DNA of 64,000 nt from an uncultured Verrucomicrobiota bacterium (GCA_937127435.1 CAKZLZ010000156.1:10554-74553), one strand, 5' to 3'; counted from the first letter of the stretch, positions 1-10,344 are shown. Numbers and translations: made by a program. The notes: a model not told the origin generated them from the letters alone.

Positions 1-67
1 GTGCCTGGCGGGATGTAGAGGAAGTACAGGAATTTTTAGCCGAAGCCAAAAAGAGAGAAACCGGATT

Positions 68-1486
68 ATGAAACCTTTCATTCACGATGATTTTATCCTG
101 CAAACTGAAACGGCCAAACGCCTCTATCATGATTTTGCAGAAACCATGCCGATTATTGACTATCACTGTCATTTGAGTCCCCAGGAAATTGCCGAAGACA
201 AACGCTGGGAAACCCTGACCCAAATCTGGCTGGGCGGCGACCATTATAAATGGCGGGCCATGCGCAGCAACGGTATCACTGAGGAATATTGCACCGGTGA
301 CGCGGATGATTGGTCCAAATTCGAAAAGTGGGTGGAAACCCTCGAGGCCTGTTACAAAAATCCCCTTTTCCATTGGAGTCATTTGGAGTTGTCACGCTAT
401 TTCGGCATCGATGATATTCTGACTTTGGATAACGCCCGCGAAGTATATGACAAATGTAATGCCTTGCTGGCATCCCCCGACTTCTCGGCCCGCGGATTGA
501 TTCGTAAATCCGGTGTGAAAGTGATTTGCACCACCGATGACCCTATCGACGACCTGCACTGGCACCGTCAAATCCGTGAAGACGGATTTGAAACCAAAGT
601 CCTGCCCGCATGGCGTCCGGATAAAGCCATGGCCGTGGAAAATGCATCCGGGTTTAAAGCTTATGTGGCCAAATTGGCCGAAGCCGCAAATCTTGAAATC
701 ACCGATTTTGATTCGTTTATGGCTGCTCTCAAAGCACGTCACGATTTCTTCCATGCGGAAGGATGCCGTCTTTCCGATCACGGACTGAATCGTTTTTATG
801 CGGCGGATTACGGGATGGATGAAATTAAATCCATCTTCAGCCGGGTGATGGCGGGCGAATCGGTCTCCGAGCTGGAAGATGATAAATTCAAATCCTGTAT
901 GATGGTTGAATTCGGCATCATGGATCATTCCCGGGGATGGGTTCAACAGTTCCACGTAGGCGCGTTGCGCAACAACAGCAGTCGCCTGTTTGAAGAACTC
1001 GGACCGGATGTGGGTTTCGACAGCATCGGTGATGAACGCCTGGGCAATCAGCTCTCCAAATTTCTGGACCGTCTGGACAGCAACGACCAGTTGGCTCCGA
1101 CCATTTTGTACAATCTGAATCCACGCGACAACCATTTGATGGGTACCATGATTGGTAACTTCCAGGACGGATCCCGTCCGGGCAAAATGCAACACGGCAG
1201 CGGCTGGTGGTTCCTCGACCAGAAACACGGCATGGAACAGCAAATGGAAATCCTGTCTCAGTTGGGTCTGTTGAGCCGTTTTGTCGGCATGTTGACCGAT
1301 AGCCGGAGCTTCCTCAGCTATACCCGTCATGAATATTTCCGCCGTATCCTCTGCAATATGCTGGGCAACGATGTGGAGCAGGGTTTGCTGCCCGCGGATA
1401 TGAAACGACTGGGCGCCATGGTGCAGGATATCTGCTACAACAATGCCGCCAACTATTTCGATTTCGGGGTTTCCCCCCTCACTTAA
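68..1486 (+). CDS. uxaC: Glucuronate (uronate) isomerase
   Basis: 472 aa; IIDYHCHL metal motif, W..GDHYKWRAMR, VICTTDDP, GMLTDSRSFLSYTRHEYFRRILC and ICYNNA..YF, all typical of UxaC. Confidence 0.97.
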   Translation: MKPFIHDDFILQTETAKRLYHDFAETMPIIDYHCHLSPQEIAEDKRWETLTQIWLGGDHYKWRAMRSNGITEEYCTGDADDWSKFEKWVETLEACYKNPLFHWSHLELSRYFGIDDILTLDNAREVYDKCNALLASPDFSARGLIRKSGVKVICTTDDPIDDLHWHRQIREDGFETKVLPAWRPDKAMAVENASGFKAYVAKLAEAANLEITDFDSFMAALKARHDFFHAEGCRLSDHGLNRFYAADYGMDEIKSIFSRVMAGESVSELEDDKFKSCMMVEFGIMDHSRGWVQQFHVGALRNNSSRLFEELGPDVGFDSIGDERLGNQLSKFLDRLDSNDQLAPTILYNLNPRDNHLMGTMIGNFQDGSRPGKMQHGSGWWFLDQKHGMEQQMEILSQLGLLSRFVGMLTDSRSFLSYTRHEYFRRILCNMLGNDVEQGLLPADMKRLGAMVQDICYNNAANYFDFGVSPLT

Positions 1487-1505
1487 CCTATAGGAATTCC
1501 TTCAC

Positions 1506-2627
1506 ATGTCTGACAAAAAATCTCTCGTGATCCGGGTCGCGGAAGCGATCGCTCAAACCCCCGCCGATAAAGAAGTTCTGATTGGCTTCGACGGTTTCAT
1601 TGATGAAATCATCCGTCTGGTGGACACCCGCCAGTCCGGCGATGAATTCACGCCGATTGGCACCATCACCCAGTTCGGGCAGCGCGTTACCGCCGCCGCC
1701 GGAAAAAGCTGTAATATTGAAATGGTTCAGCAGCAGATCAAACTCGGTGGCAACGGGCCTATCATGGCCAACAACCTGGTGGAGCAGGGCTACACCGTTA
1801 ATTACTGCGGCGCTTTGGGTGCTGACGGGATCGTGAATTCTATTTTCACCGACTTTACCGACCGCTGTAAGGAAGTGATCACCCTGGCGGACCCCGGATA
1901 CAGCGAAGCGCTGGAATTCGACGACGGCAAAGTGATCATGGGCAAAATGACTTCTTTGGCCCAGGTAAACTGGGAGAGCGTTCTGGCGCAATTGCCCGAA
2001 GATAAACTGGCGGCCATGATCGAAAAAATGGATCTGATTGGCTGCGTCAACTGGACCATGCTTCCCAACATGAATTCCATCCTTAAAGGATTGGGCGGAT
2101 TGTTGGCCAAGCGCAGCAGCCGCGCAAAACTGTTTATTGATTTGACCGACCCGCGCAAACGCAGTCAGGCGGACATCAAAGAAGTCCTCACGATCCTCCA
2201 GGAAATTCAATCCGGCGTGGATGTGATTCTCGGACTCAACGAAGACGAGTCTATTCAGGTAGCCACGGTGCTCTTCGGTGACGAAGGGGACGACCTCACC
2301 GCCCGCGCCCAGAAGATCCGCACCGAATTGGGATTATTCCAAGTTGTGGTGCATCCGACCCGCTCCGCCGCCGTGGCTTCGGCCGAAGGCGAATGGTTTG
2401 TGGAAGGTCCTTTTACGCCCAAACCCAAACTGACGACCGGTGCCGGCGATAACTTCAATGCCGGATATTGTAACGGTCTGCTCAGCGGACTGGATCCCGA
2501 AGCCTGCTTGGTGACCGGTGTCTGCAGTTCCGGATTTTATGTGCGCAACTGCCGTTCCGCCAACCGCGAAGAATACGCGACCTTCATTCAAAGCTGGGCG
2601 GATGCCGGCTGCGGCGAAATGCCATAA
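1506..2627 (+). CDS. PfkB/ribokinase-family carbohydrate kinase
   Basis: 373 aa; GGNG.IMA near N-terminus and C-terminal TTGAGDNFNAG PfkB signature; 19 bp after uxaC, probably co-transcribed. Confidence 0.8.
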   Translation: MSDKKSLVIRVAEAIAQTPADKEVLIGFDGFIDEIIRLVDTRQSGDEFTPIGTITQFGQRVTAAAGKSCNIEMVQQQIKLGGNGPIMANNLVEQGYTVNYCGALGADGIVNSIFTDFTDRCKEVITLADPGYSEALEFDDGKVIMGKMTSLAQVNWESVLAQLPEDKLAAMIEKMDLIGCVNWTMLPNMNSILKGLGGLLAKRSSRAKLFIDLTDPRKRSQADIKEVLTILQEIQSGVDVILGLNEDESIQVATVLFGDEGDDLTARAQKIRTELGLFQVVVHPTRSAAVASAEGEWFVEGPFTPKPKLTTGAGDNFNAGYCNGLLSGLDPEACLVTGVCSSGFYVRNCRSANREEYATFIQSWADAGCGEMP

Positions 2628-2648
2628 GTGAAAATGAATTCACGTGAG

Positions 2649-2681
2649 AAAGAGGGAAGAGCATGCTCTTTCCTCTTTTTT
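2649..2681 (+). terminator. Probable intrinsic terminator after the kinase
   Basis: AAAGAGGGAAGAGC / GCTCTTTCCTCTTT stem followed by a T run. Confidence 0.6.
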
Positions 2682-2707
2682 GTGCCGAGGAGCCCTTCTA
2701 GATAGAC

Positions 2708-2760
2708 GTAGTTCCACGGCCCCCGTGGTAAACGATTTACCGCGGGGGCCGCGGAACTAC
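2708..2760. repeat. GTAG-type REP doublet (inverted repeat)
   Basis: GTAGTTCCACGGCCCCCGTGGTAAA-CGA-TTTACCGCGGGGGCCGCGGAACTAC; same family recurs at 55852-55926. Confidence 0.75.
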
Positions 2761-2773
2761 GAAGACTGTCGAT

Positions 2774-3298
2774 TCATTTTCCGCCCCGATAAATCCCCAG
2801 GATCTTGGTCACATAACGGCGGGTGCTGGGGAAGGGGATGCCTTCCACAAAAGGGATGCCGGGGAGTTGGAGATCTTCCCAGGCCCGGACCCTGCTGGGT
2901 CCTGCGTTGTAATAGGCCAGGGCGTAGGCAGTCGGATCTTCCTTGTTGGCAAATTCGTCCAGTCCTTCCCGCAAGTACCAAGCCGAAATGTTGGCATTCA
3001 CTTTTAGTTTAAAAAGTTGTTTTTCGCTCGGGACTTTATGATCGGTTTTTTGTGCCCAGTGTTTCGCGGTGTTGGGCATGATCTGAAACATCCCGATTTC
3101 CCCGGCCGCGCCCACAGCTTTGGGGTTGAGTCGGCTCTCGGTGATACCGACGGCGCGGAGCAATAGGGGATCTACGCTGTTTTTCCGCCCGGCCCGCCAG
3201 ATGTGCCGGTCGATATGATGCGTCCGCAGGCCGACGACTCCCAGGGCCAATAACAGCAGGGCGGAAACGATTTGGAGATTGGAAAGGCGCTTTCTCAT
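2774..3298 (-). CDS. Lytic transglycosylase (SLT domain) with N-terminal membrane anchor
   Basis: AVGITESRLNPKAVGAAGEIGMFQIMPNTA (catalytic Glu, GxMQ-like), ALAYYNAGP, ETRxYV-like STRRYV; start moved to ATG 3298 (MRKRLSNLQIVSALLLL) to avoid overlap with priA. Confidence 0.85.
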   Translation of the reverse strand: MRKRLSNLQIVSALLLLALGVVGLRTHHIDRHIWRAGRKNSVDPLLLRAVGITESRLNPKAVGAAGEIGMFQIMPNTAKHWAQKTDHKVPSEKQLFKLKVNANISAWYLREGLDEFANKEDPTAYALAYYNAGPSRVRAWEDLQLPGIPFVEGIPFPSTRRYVTKILGIYRGGK

Positions 3299-3335
3299 CT
3301 TTCTTTCTCCTGTAGATTCTGGCAAACGAACAGGA

Positions 3336-5588
3336 ATGTCAAACCCACCCACAGATAAAGCGTCCTTTCCTCCCATCGCCCGGGTGGTGGTGGATGTGGC
3401 GTTGGACAAAGAATTTGACTACCTTATTCCGGTGGAAATGCGCGGGAAGCTGTTGACCGGAATGCAGGTAAAGGTTCCCTTCGGACGCAGGGAAACCGAA
3501 GGTTTTGTACTGGGGTTTAAAGAGAAATCAGATTTCAGTGGCTTAAAGTCTATTTCCGGATTGGCGCAGGAAGGTGCCTTGCTCTCCCCAAAAATCATGG
3601 AATTGGCCAAGTGGATGGCGGACTATTATGTGGCCCCTATCGAACATGCGGTCAAAACCGTTTTGCCCGGCGCAGTACGTAAACGGGGTGCGGGGTTCAA
3701 AAAACAACTCTTTGCCACCCCCGGTGAAAAATCTGCAATCGAAAGTGAATTGGTGCCGTTGCGGCGACAAGCACCCAAACAAGCGGCGGCCCTGGATATT
3801 TTGCTGTCCGGCGAGCAAATGTTGATGTCTGATTTGGTGCGTGCCGCCAAAGTGACCCATGGCACTTTACGTTCGTTGGAGAAAAAAGGATTCATTCAAC
3901 TTACGGAAGGGGTGCAGGGACGGGATCCGCTGGCCAATCAGGAATTTTTGCGGACCAAAGATCTGAAACTGAACAGTGAACAGTCGGATTGTCTGGGGAA
4001 AATCAATGTGGGCATTGATAGTGGAAATTTAAAAGTGGTGCTTTTGCACGGGGTGACCGGCAGCGGAAAAACCGAAGTCTATTTGCAGGCACTTTCCCAC
4101 GCCCTGGCTTTAGGCAAGGGGGCGATTGTGTTGGTGCCGGAAATTGCATTGACCCCGCAGACGGTGGAACGTTTCCGCGGTCGCTTCGGCGAATGTCTGG
4201 CGGTTTTGCACAGCCACCTGTCCGACGGGGAACGCCACGACGAATGGCACCGGGTAAAACGGGGCGAAGCCACGGTGGTGGTGGGCGCACGATCGGCTTT
4301 GTTTGCGCCGGTCAAAAATTTAGGGCTCATCGTGGTCGATGAAGAACATGAGTCGACCTATAAACAGGAGGAAAGCCCACGCTACCACGCCCGCGACTTG
4401 GCGGTAATGCGTGGGCATCTCGAAGGCTGCACGGTGGTGTTGGGTTCGGCGACCCCGTCCGTGGAAAGTTTGGAAAATGTGCATCAGGGAAAATACGAGT
4501 TGGCGAAACTGGGGATCCGCGCGGATGACCGGCAGTTGCCTTTGGTCAAAGTGGTGGACATGCGTCATCAACGTTATGAAGGCAAACCGACATTGTTTTC
4601 CAACGATTTGGTGGAGGGGATTCGCCTGCGCATCAACTTAGGGGAGCAGGTCATGTTGTTTCTCAACCGGCGGGGCTACTCCAAAAATTTGACTTGTCCG
4701 GAATGCGGATTTGTCCCCGAGTGTCCGGACTGTTCGGTGGCGCTGACCTATCACAAGCGGCTGGGATATTTACGCTGTCACTTTTGCGGACACGCGGAAC
4801 GGGTACCCGACCGCTGTCCGCAGCCGGATTGCAAAGCGGAAGACTGGCAATACATGGGCTCGGGCACCGAGAAGATCGAAAACCAGCTGGCCCGCATTTT
4901 TCCTCATGCCCACATCCGTCGAATGGACAGTGACACCATGACTTCCAAGCACGCCTATCATCATGTGTTGGGTGCTTTCCGGAAAGGGGAGATCGATATT
5001 TTGATCGGCACCCAGATGATTGCCAAAGGCCTGCATTTTCCCAATGTGACTTTGGTGGGAGTGGTGAATGCGGATGCGACTTTGCATATGCCGGATTTCC
5101 GGGCGGGAGAGCGGGCTTTTCAATTGTTCACCCAGGTGGCGGGGCGGGCCGGACGTGGAGATGTGGCGGGAGAAGTGTTGATTCAAACCTACACGCCCAC
5201 CCATCCGGCGGTACAGGCCGCGCGGCGGGGGGATTTTGATGTATTTATCGACGAAGAACTCGAAGCCCGCAAGATGCTCAATTATCCTCCCTATTGCCGG
5301 TTGATCTGTGTGCATTTTAAAGGGGAGAATGAACAGCAGGTGGATTTTGTATCCGGTCAGGTATTTAACGAACTTGATCGGCTGCTGGGCGAAAATCCCG
5401 ATGTGAATTTGGCCCCGCCGGTCCCTTCACCCATTGCGCGTATTCAGAAGAATTACCGCTATCAGATGATCGCCCGGGTCCCGCGCACCAAACTTTTTAC
5501 AGTGCCCTTGCGGCATGTTCTCGACGGGCTCAAGCTCCCCCGGCAGGTCCAAATCATCGTGGATGTGGATGCGATCAGTTTGATGTGA
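3336..5588 (+). CDS. priA: Primosomal protein N' (replication-restart helicase)
   Basis: LLHGVTGSGKTEVY, IVVDEEHE, LGSATPS, FLNRRGY, paired CxxC zinc motifs, QVAGRAGR, IIVDVD at C-terminus; start taken at ATG 3336. Confidence 0.97.
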   Translation: MSNPPTDKASFPPIARVVVDVALDKEFDYLIPVEMRGKLLTGMQVKVPFGRRETEGFVLGFKEKSDFSGLKSISGLAQEGALLSPKIMELAKWMADYYVAPIEHAVKTVLPGAVRKRGAGFKKQLFATPGEKSAIESELVPLRRQAPKQAAALDILLSGEQMLMSDLVRAAKVTHGTLRSLEKKGFIQLTEGVQGRDPLANQEFLRTKDLKLNSEQSDCLGKINVGIDSGNLKVVLLHGVTGSGKTEVYLQALSHALALGKGAIVLVPEIALTPQTVERFRGRFGECLAVLHSHLSDGERHDEWHRVKRGEATVVVGARSALFAPVKNLGLIVVDEEHESTYKQEESPRYHARDLAVMRGHLEGCTVVLGSATPSVESLENVHQGKYELAKLGIRADDRQLPLVKVVDMRHQRYEGKPTLFSNDLVEGIRLRINLGEQVMLFLNRRGYSKNLTCPECGFVPECPDCSVALTYHKRLGYLRCHFCGHAERVPDRCPQPDCKAEDWQYMGSGTEKIENQLARIFPHAHIRRMDSDTMTSKHAYHHVLGAFRKGEIDILIGTQMIAKGLHFPNVTLVGVVNADATLHMPDFRAGERAFQLFTQVAGRAGRGDVAGEVLIQTYTPTHPAVQAARRGDFDVFIDEELEARKMLNYPPYCRLICVHFKGENEQQVDFVSGQVFNELDRLLGENPDVNLAPPVPSPIARIQKNYRYQMIARVPRTKLFTVPLRHVLDGLKLPRQVQIIVDVDAISLM

Positions 5589-5589
5589 A
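5546..5589 (+). repeat. priA 3' end; left copy of a 44-bp direct repeat (right copy 14483-14526)
   Basis: GGTCCAAATCATCGTGGATGTGGATGCGATCAGTTTGATGTGAA vs GGTCCCAATCATTGTGGATGTGGATGCGATCAGTTTGATGTGAA, 42/44 identical. Confidence 0.95.
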
Positions 5590-5612
5590 CGTTCCCGTCT
5601 GTTGAGTGCAGG

Positions 5613-5641
5613 TTGACATGGTCATTTAAAATGACTATATT
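5613..5641 (+). promoter_or_regulatory. Sigma70-type promoter of the TA operon with palindromic operator in the spacer
   Basis: TTGACA (5613-5618), 17 bp, TATATT (5636-5641); spacer holds near-perfect palindrome GTCATTTAAAATGAC (5621-5635). Confidence 0.75.
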
Positions 5642-5647
5642 GAAATT

Positions 5648-5875
5648 ATGAAAACCATGGCCATTACTGAATTTAAATCGCATGCCCTGAAAGTTCTGAA
5701 TGATCTTTCGAAAGATCAGGAATCTATTGTGATCACCAAACGGGGCAAACCCATTGCGGAAGTCGTTGCCTACAAAGAAAAACCCCTTCAAATGGGGAGT
5801 TTACGTGGGACGGTGCTTTATGAGGGGGATATCATTTCTCCACTGGGCGAAGAGATGTGGGATGCATGTAAATGA
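5648..5875 (+). CDS. Phd/YefM-family antitoxin
   Basis: 75 aa; ITEFKSH...L.......ESIVITKRGKPIAEVV Phd-type N-terminus; 4-bp overlap with the PIN gene. Confidence 0.9.
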   Translation: MKTMAITEFKSHALKVLNDLSKDQESIVITKRGKPIAEVVAYKEKPLQMGSLRGTVLYEGDIISPLGEEMWDACK

Positions 5876-6270
5876 AGTATGTATTGGATACACATACTTG
5901 GATATGGTGGAATGCCAATCCTGATAAATTATCCATTGATGTAAAAGAGTTGCTGGGTAACCCAGACCGGTTTTCAGAGATCCTTTTATCGGCAATTTCT
6001 CCATGGGAATTTTGTAAACTGATTGAGAAAAAGAGATACCTTATTTCTAATCATCCCCTCGAATGGATCGATCAGGCTTTGAAAATGACTAAATTACGGC
6101 TGGTACCCTTGACGCCTGCAATCAGCTACCGGTCAACCTCTCTTCCAGGATCTTTTCACGCGGATCCGGCCGATCAAATCATTGTCGCCACAGTAATGGA
6201 AGAAAATGCCATCCTTATCACCAAAGACGGACTGATTCAAAATTACCCACACCTGCGTACCCTATGGTAA
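5872..6270 (+). CDS. PIN-domain (VapC-like) toxin
   Basis: 132 aa; YVLDTHTWIWW, SAISPWE, HADPADQIIVAT, LITKDG. Confidence 0.92.
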   Translation: MKYVLDTHTWIWWNANPDKLSIDVKELLGNPDRFSEILLSAISPWEFCKLIEKKRYLISNHPLEWIDQALKMTKLRLVPLTPAISYRSTSLPGSFHADPADQIIVATVMEENAILITKDGLIQNYPHLRTLW

Positions 6271-6292
6271 AGATCCCGAGTTCCGGATGTTA

Positions 6293-7411
6293 TTATTCCG
6301 ATACGAGGCTGCTTAACGGTTCCTGATCCAAGTGACGAACCACGGGGCGTTTTTTGGGAGAGCGGGTGGTGCTCCCCGAGCACCAAAACCCGGGATTGAG
6401 CGCGAACACCGGATGCTCCGGCGTTCCCCGTTCCGCCCGGTGTATCTGACCAATCAGAATATCCATCATGGTTTGCAACTGACTTTCCATATCCTGATTG
6501 ATCCCGGTCACATCCTCCGATCCTTCCCCCCACTGGTCCAAGGTGGCGTAGCCCAGGTCCTTCGGAAATTTGATCCCCTCCTGCAGCAGCATGCGGTATA
6601 CCTCCTGGCCCGGACTGACCACAACATCGAGACGGTTTTTATCGATCCAGGCCAGGAGTGCGTTCGCATCATATTCTTCCGGAACAAAGATCGGGAGTTC
6701 GTTCATTACCCCTCGAAGTTGTTTCCAAAGGAGGTAGGCCGCGGACCAACGGTGATGCGTGCGAAGTTCCACATCCTGCCACATGGTGAGTCCGATTCGT
6801 TTGTATCCATCCGCTTCAAGCTCTGCCAAGGTCGTTAACATTCCCCTGAAGTGGTTATGCCGGACCCCACTGATCCGGGGGACCATCAGGGTATCGGAAA
6901 ATTCCACTGCACAGAATTTATCCCATTCCACGGGCAACGTTCTCACCCCCTGATGAAACATTTCCGGATGGATCATGGGGATGATGATTCCTTCGATTCC
7001 ACGTGTCCACATGATCCGGTTGATTCTCTCCGGAGTTGTGTCGGGATTATTCAGCCAAAAGGATTCCAGTTGGTATCCCCGGCTGTCTGTGATCTCCGTA
7101 AGCTTCGAGAAAATCTTTTGTTCCACAGGGTTCCATTCCTCGGTGGGGCCGCTGCGGATAAATCCCAAGGTCCCCTGATCTTTTAACGGTCCCTTTTTGG
7201 TGCTGGACATCAGTTTGGAGAGATGCGGGTTTGGTCGATAGCCCATCTCTTTGGCCAAAAATTTTATTTTTTCTTTGGTGGTCTTGGAAATTCTCGGGTG
7301 TCCTTTCAGAGCGAGGGAAACCGTGGCCTTGGATACCCCGGCCCGGTCGGCGATTTGCTGAAGAGAAACACTTTTGCGCTTTTGCATTCTTGGATTAGAT
7401 GCCGAATTCAC
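6293..7411 (-). CDS. LacI-family transcriptional regulator
   Basis: VSLQQIADRAGVSKATVSLAL...GYRPN helix-turn-helix plus periplasmic-binding-protein-like effector domain; true start may be a few codons later (MQKRK). Confidence 0.9.
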   Translation of the reverse strand: MNSASNPRMQKRKSVSLQQIADRAGVSKATVSLALKGHPRISKTTKEKIKFLAKEMGYRPNPHLSKLMSSTKKGPLKDQGTLGFIRSGPTEEWNPVEQKIFSKLTEITDSRGYQLESFWLNNPDTTPERINRIMWTRGIEGIIIPMIHPEMFHQGVRTLPVEWDKFCAVEFSDTLMVPRISGVRHNHFRGMLTTLAELEADGYKRIGLTMWQDVELRTHHRWSAAYLLWKQLRGVMNELPIFVPEEYDANALLAWIDKNRLDVVVSPGQEVYRMLLQEGIKFPKDLGYATLDQWGEGSEDVTGINQDMESQLQTMMDILIGQIHRAERGTPEHPVFALNPGFWCSGSTTRSPKKRPVVRHLDQEPLSSLVSE

Positions 7412-7485
7412 AGGGGAGTCAACGTTAACTTAGCTCGCGGATAAAATATCTACCAAATCAATGAAAAGAGATTTAGACTGGTGAC

Positions 7486-8595
7486 ATGATGAAAATACAA
7501 CTCCTTCCCACGATCGTTCTTTCCGCTGTCTGCTTCACTTCACTCTTCGCTCAGACCAACACTGATTGGAATGGAGGGGGGGCTACTGATATTTGGTCTG
7601 ATGCCGCCAATTGGAGTGCGGGTACGCCTGATACCAATAGTGAAGTGGCTCGTTACCTCTCTTTCCCAACCATTGATATTGAGGTGGACAGCGACCACAC
7701 CATTAACAGTTACCTCGATGGTTTCGACGGGGCGGGGCAAACAACGACCTTTTCCGGCACGGGTGTGCTTACGGTTGACCGAAACCTGGCTGGCTATAGC
7801 GTGGGTATCAACAACGCAACGGGTGGTGTGGGTGGGACGTTGAAATTCAGCGGCAAGGTCACGATCGATAATTCGCTTGGTGGAGCCACTGCCGTCCAAA
7901 ACTCGAATGGCACGAACAATATTACAGAGTTTGCTGCTGGAAGCACTTTGACACTAAACACGAATTTCCAAATTAATAACAGTGGCAGTTACCTGTTTAA
8001 CGGCACACTGGCCGGCTCTGCTGATTTTATCGCCGCCTCTTCGCCCGGTATATCCTTTGGGGTTGGGCACGATAGTAGCGGTTACACGGGTAATGTAATT
8101 TATTATTCAAACGGAAAGGTGGCGATTGATGGAGGCACTGTACTCAGTAACAGCCAAAGGTTTCAAGTGAATGGCAATAACAGTGAATTGGAGTTAAACG
8201 CTGCAGACGCGATCAATGGTGCAGGTATATCCATTGCGGGAACCAATACATTCCTCCTTGATGCGAATGCGAATCAGGATGACATGGGATTTCTTAATTT
8301 AGGTGAAGGCACATTAAATCTTGATCTTGCTGCCGGAGTAACGGGTCTCTCTTTCGCTGACAGTTCTGCGTTTGACTGGACGGGCGGTACCGTAAATATT
8401 ACCGGTTTCCGCGAAGGCGTGATTAAATTCGGGAACGATGACACCGGTCTAACCGCTGGCCAACTCGACACCATTGATGACGGAATTTACAGTCTTACCG
8501 ATGAGGGGTATCTCACCATACCCGAACCCGGCACCATCCCCTTGTTTCTGATCTTCGGTTTCGGTCTGCTGTTTTCCCGCCGCCGGAAAAACTGA
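7486..8595 (+). CDS. PEP-CTERM surface protein with beta-strand-repeat passenger-like body
   Basis: Signal peptide, WNGGG....WS..ANW motif, G/N/T-rich repeats, C-terminal IPEPGT + hydrophobic stretch + RRRKN. Confidence 0.88.
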   Translation: MMKIQLLPTIVLSAVCFTSLFAQTNTDWNGGGATDIWSDAANWSAGTPDTNSEVARYLSFPTIDIEVDSDHTINSYLDGFDGAGQTTTFSGTGVLTVDRNLAGYSVGINNATGGVGGTLKFSGKVTIDNSLGGATAVQNSNGTNNITEFAAGSTLTLNTNFQINNSGSYLFNGTLAGSADFIAASSPGISFGVGHDSSGYTGNVIYYSNGKVAIDGGTVLSNSQRFQVNGNNSELELNAADAINGAGISIAGTNTFLLDANANQDDMGFLNLGEGTLNLDLAAGVTGLSFADSSAFDWTGGTVNITGFREGVIKFGNDDTGLTAGQLDTIDDGIYSLTDEGYLTIPEPGTIPLFLIFGFGLLFSRRRKN

Positions 8596-8683
8596 AACTT
8601 TTCCCCTTCTTCTTGTCCTTCGAATCTATCCCTCCTTCGGGAGGGAACGGATGAGACTTGTAATTCAACTCAGATAAATCTTT

Positions 8684-10339
8684 ATGCGTATTTTCCGATC
8701 AGCGATATTTATATCCTCAGTGCTCATAAGCCTGGCGGCTCTGGCACAACCCAACATTGTGTTCATTTTGACGGATGATGTGGGAACGGGCTGGATTCCG
8801 CCTTACGCGGAAAAACTGACGGTGGCGGATATCGAACCGGAAATTGTAGGGCAATATCAACAGACGCATGGCCATCAGGGGGCGGTCGACCTCGAAGCCC
8901 ATCTGGCGGCGGCAAAAGTGAGCATGCCCACGCTCTCCAAACTGTCCAAACAAAGTGCCGTCTTCCACCGGGCTTTTGCCACGGCTTCTCTCTGCTCCCC
9001 CAGTCGGGCGGGGTTGCTCACGGGGAGTTTTCAACAGACCTGGGGCGCTTACTGGAATAAGGATGTGGATGACCACGGAATCCCCGCCGACCGCACTTTA
9101 CTTTCCGAATCCCTTCATAAAGCCGGATACCGTTGTGGCATTGTCGGGAAATGGCATGTGGCCAAGCAGGATCCGCGAATCATGGAGAAAGCCTGGGTGG
9201 AGGAATTGGGTGAAGAGCTGCCCATCCCAAAATATTACGGAGGGAAGTGGCCGCAATTGCAGAAGGCCATGCGTGCCAATGCCTGGAAAACTTCATCCGC
9301 ACCCGGCCAGCATCCCTTGGACCGGGGATTTGACTACTACTTCGGCTACAACAGTTATGATGATCAGGATTATGGCTCCGAAACCCTTTGGGAAGGGTGG
9401 GCGCGGGTTCCCAAAAGACCGGAGGGCGAATTTCTAACTGATCTGTTTAACCGCAAAGCGGTGGAATTTATTGAAAGCTCACTGGACCGGAAAAAACCAT
9501 TCTTCCTCTATTACGCCCCTAAAACCCTTCACGGCGGCATTAAACGTCCACCGGAATCTTACGTGCAAAACTTTGATACCGGCAACAGGTTCAGTGACCT
9601 TTTCGCGGGGCACCTGTTGGCGTTGGATGACGGAATCGGAAAAATTTTACAGACCCTGGAAACCAGAAAACAGCTGGAGAACACGCTGATTATTTTTACT
9701 TCAGACAATGGATTCACCCTCTACAATGTCCCGCCCTACAATGCCCCCAACCGGGGAGGAAAAGGAAGCGGATGGCTTGGAGGATTGAATGTGCCCCTGA
9801 TCATCTGGAACCCCAAACTGATCCGGCCGGGAGAGTACAATGACATTGTCAGCCTGGCGGATCTTATGCCCACCATTCTGAATTTCGTGGGAATGGATCC
9901 GCCGTCCGGAATTGACGGAATAAGTTTGTTTCCCTATCTGATCGGGGCCAGCGACAGGCCTCCGCGGAAATCACTCGGCGCGGCGGGAATTCATTCTTCC
10001 CGCTGGTCCTATTCATATGAAACCCATGGCGAAAACAACACCAAGGATGCCATGGAAGCCCCCATGTATGCCTGGGTTCTGGAAGAAGATATGTTGTTGA
10101 TGCAGATCACAGAAACGCCTCCCGGATTGTATGAAAATTTACCCGAAGGACTTCCCGGGAGAACGCTGCTATTTGATATAGAAAGCGACCGCGCGCAGCG
10201 TGAAAACTTGGCTGAAGCGTTTCCGGAAAAGATTCCTCTCCTTCAATCCCGCGTTTCAGAATGGTTGCAACACACGGCTGAACCCCTAACATCCCAACAG
10301 GATGCATATGAGCATCTCCAACAACCGGACACCCCCTGA
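8684..10339 (+). CDS. Formylglycine-dependent (S1) sulfatase, secreted
   Basis: PNIVFILTDD, CSPSRAGLLTG (CxPxR), GKWH, RGFDYYFG, IFTSDNG; signal peptide. Confidence 0.93.
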   Translation: MRIFRSAIFISSVLISLAALAQPNIVFILTDDVGTGWIPPYAEKLTVADIEPEIVGQYQQTHGHQGAVDLEAHLAAAKVSMPTLSKLSKQSAVFHRAFATASLCSPSRAGLLTGSFQQTWGAYWNKDVDDHGIPADRTLLSESLHKAGYRCGIVGKWHVAKQDPRIMEKAWVEELGEELPIPKYYGGKWPQLQKAMRANAWKTSSAPGQHPLDRGFDYYFGYNSYDDQDYGSETLWEGWARVPKRPEGEFLTDLFNRKAVEFIESSLDRKKPFFLYYAPKTLHGGIKRPPESYVQNFDTGNRFSDLFAGHLLALDDGIGKILQTLETRKQLENTLIIFTSDNGFTLYNVPPYNAPNRGGKGSGWLGGLNVPLIIWNPKLIRPGEYNDIVSLADLMPTILNFVGMDPPSGIDGISLFPYLIGASDRPPRKSLGAAGIHSSRWSYSYETHGENNTKDAMEAPMYAWVLEEDMLLMQITETPPGLYENLPEGLPGRTLLFDIESDRAQRENLAEAFPEKIPLLQSRVSEWLQHTAEPLTSQQDAYEHLQQPDTP

Positions 10340-10344
10340 TTCCC

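Noticed and set aside
392-1330. Long antisense or alternative-frame ORFs (also 41316-42083, 57552-58556, 59149-59775, 61337-62017)
   Set aside because: They shadow well-supported genes and lack motifs; expected from codon bias at this GC content
7417-7430. AGTCAACGTTAACT as a LacI operator
   Set aside because: Imperfect 14-bp palindrome with no second copy found, so not distinguishable from chance
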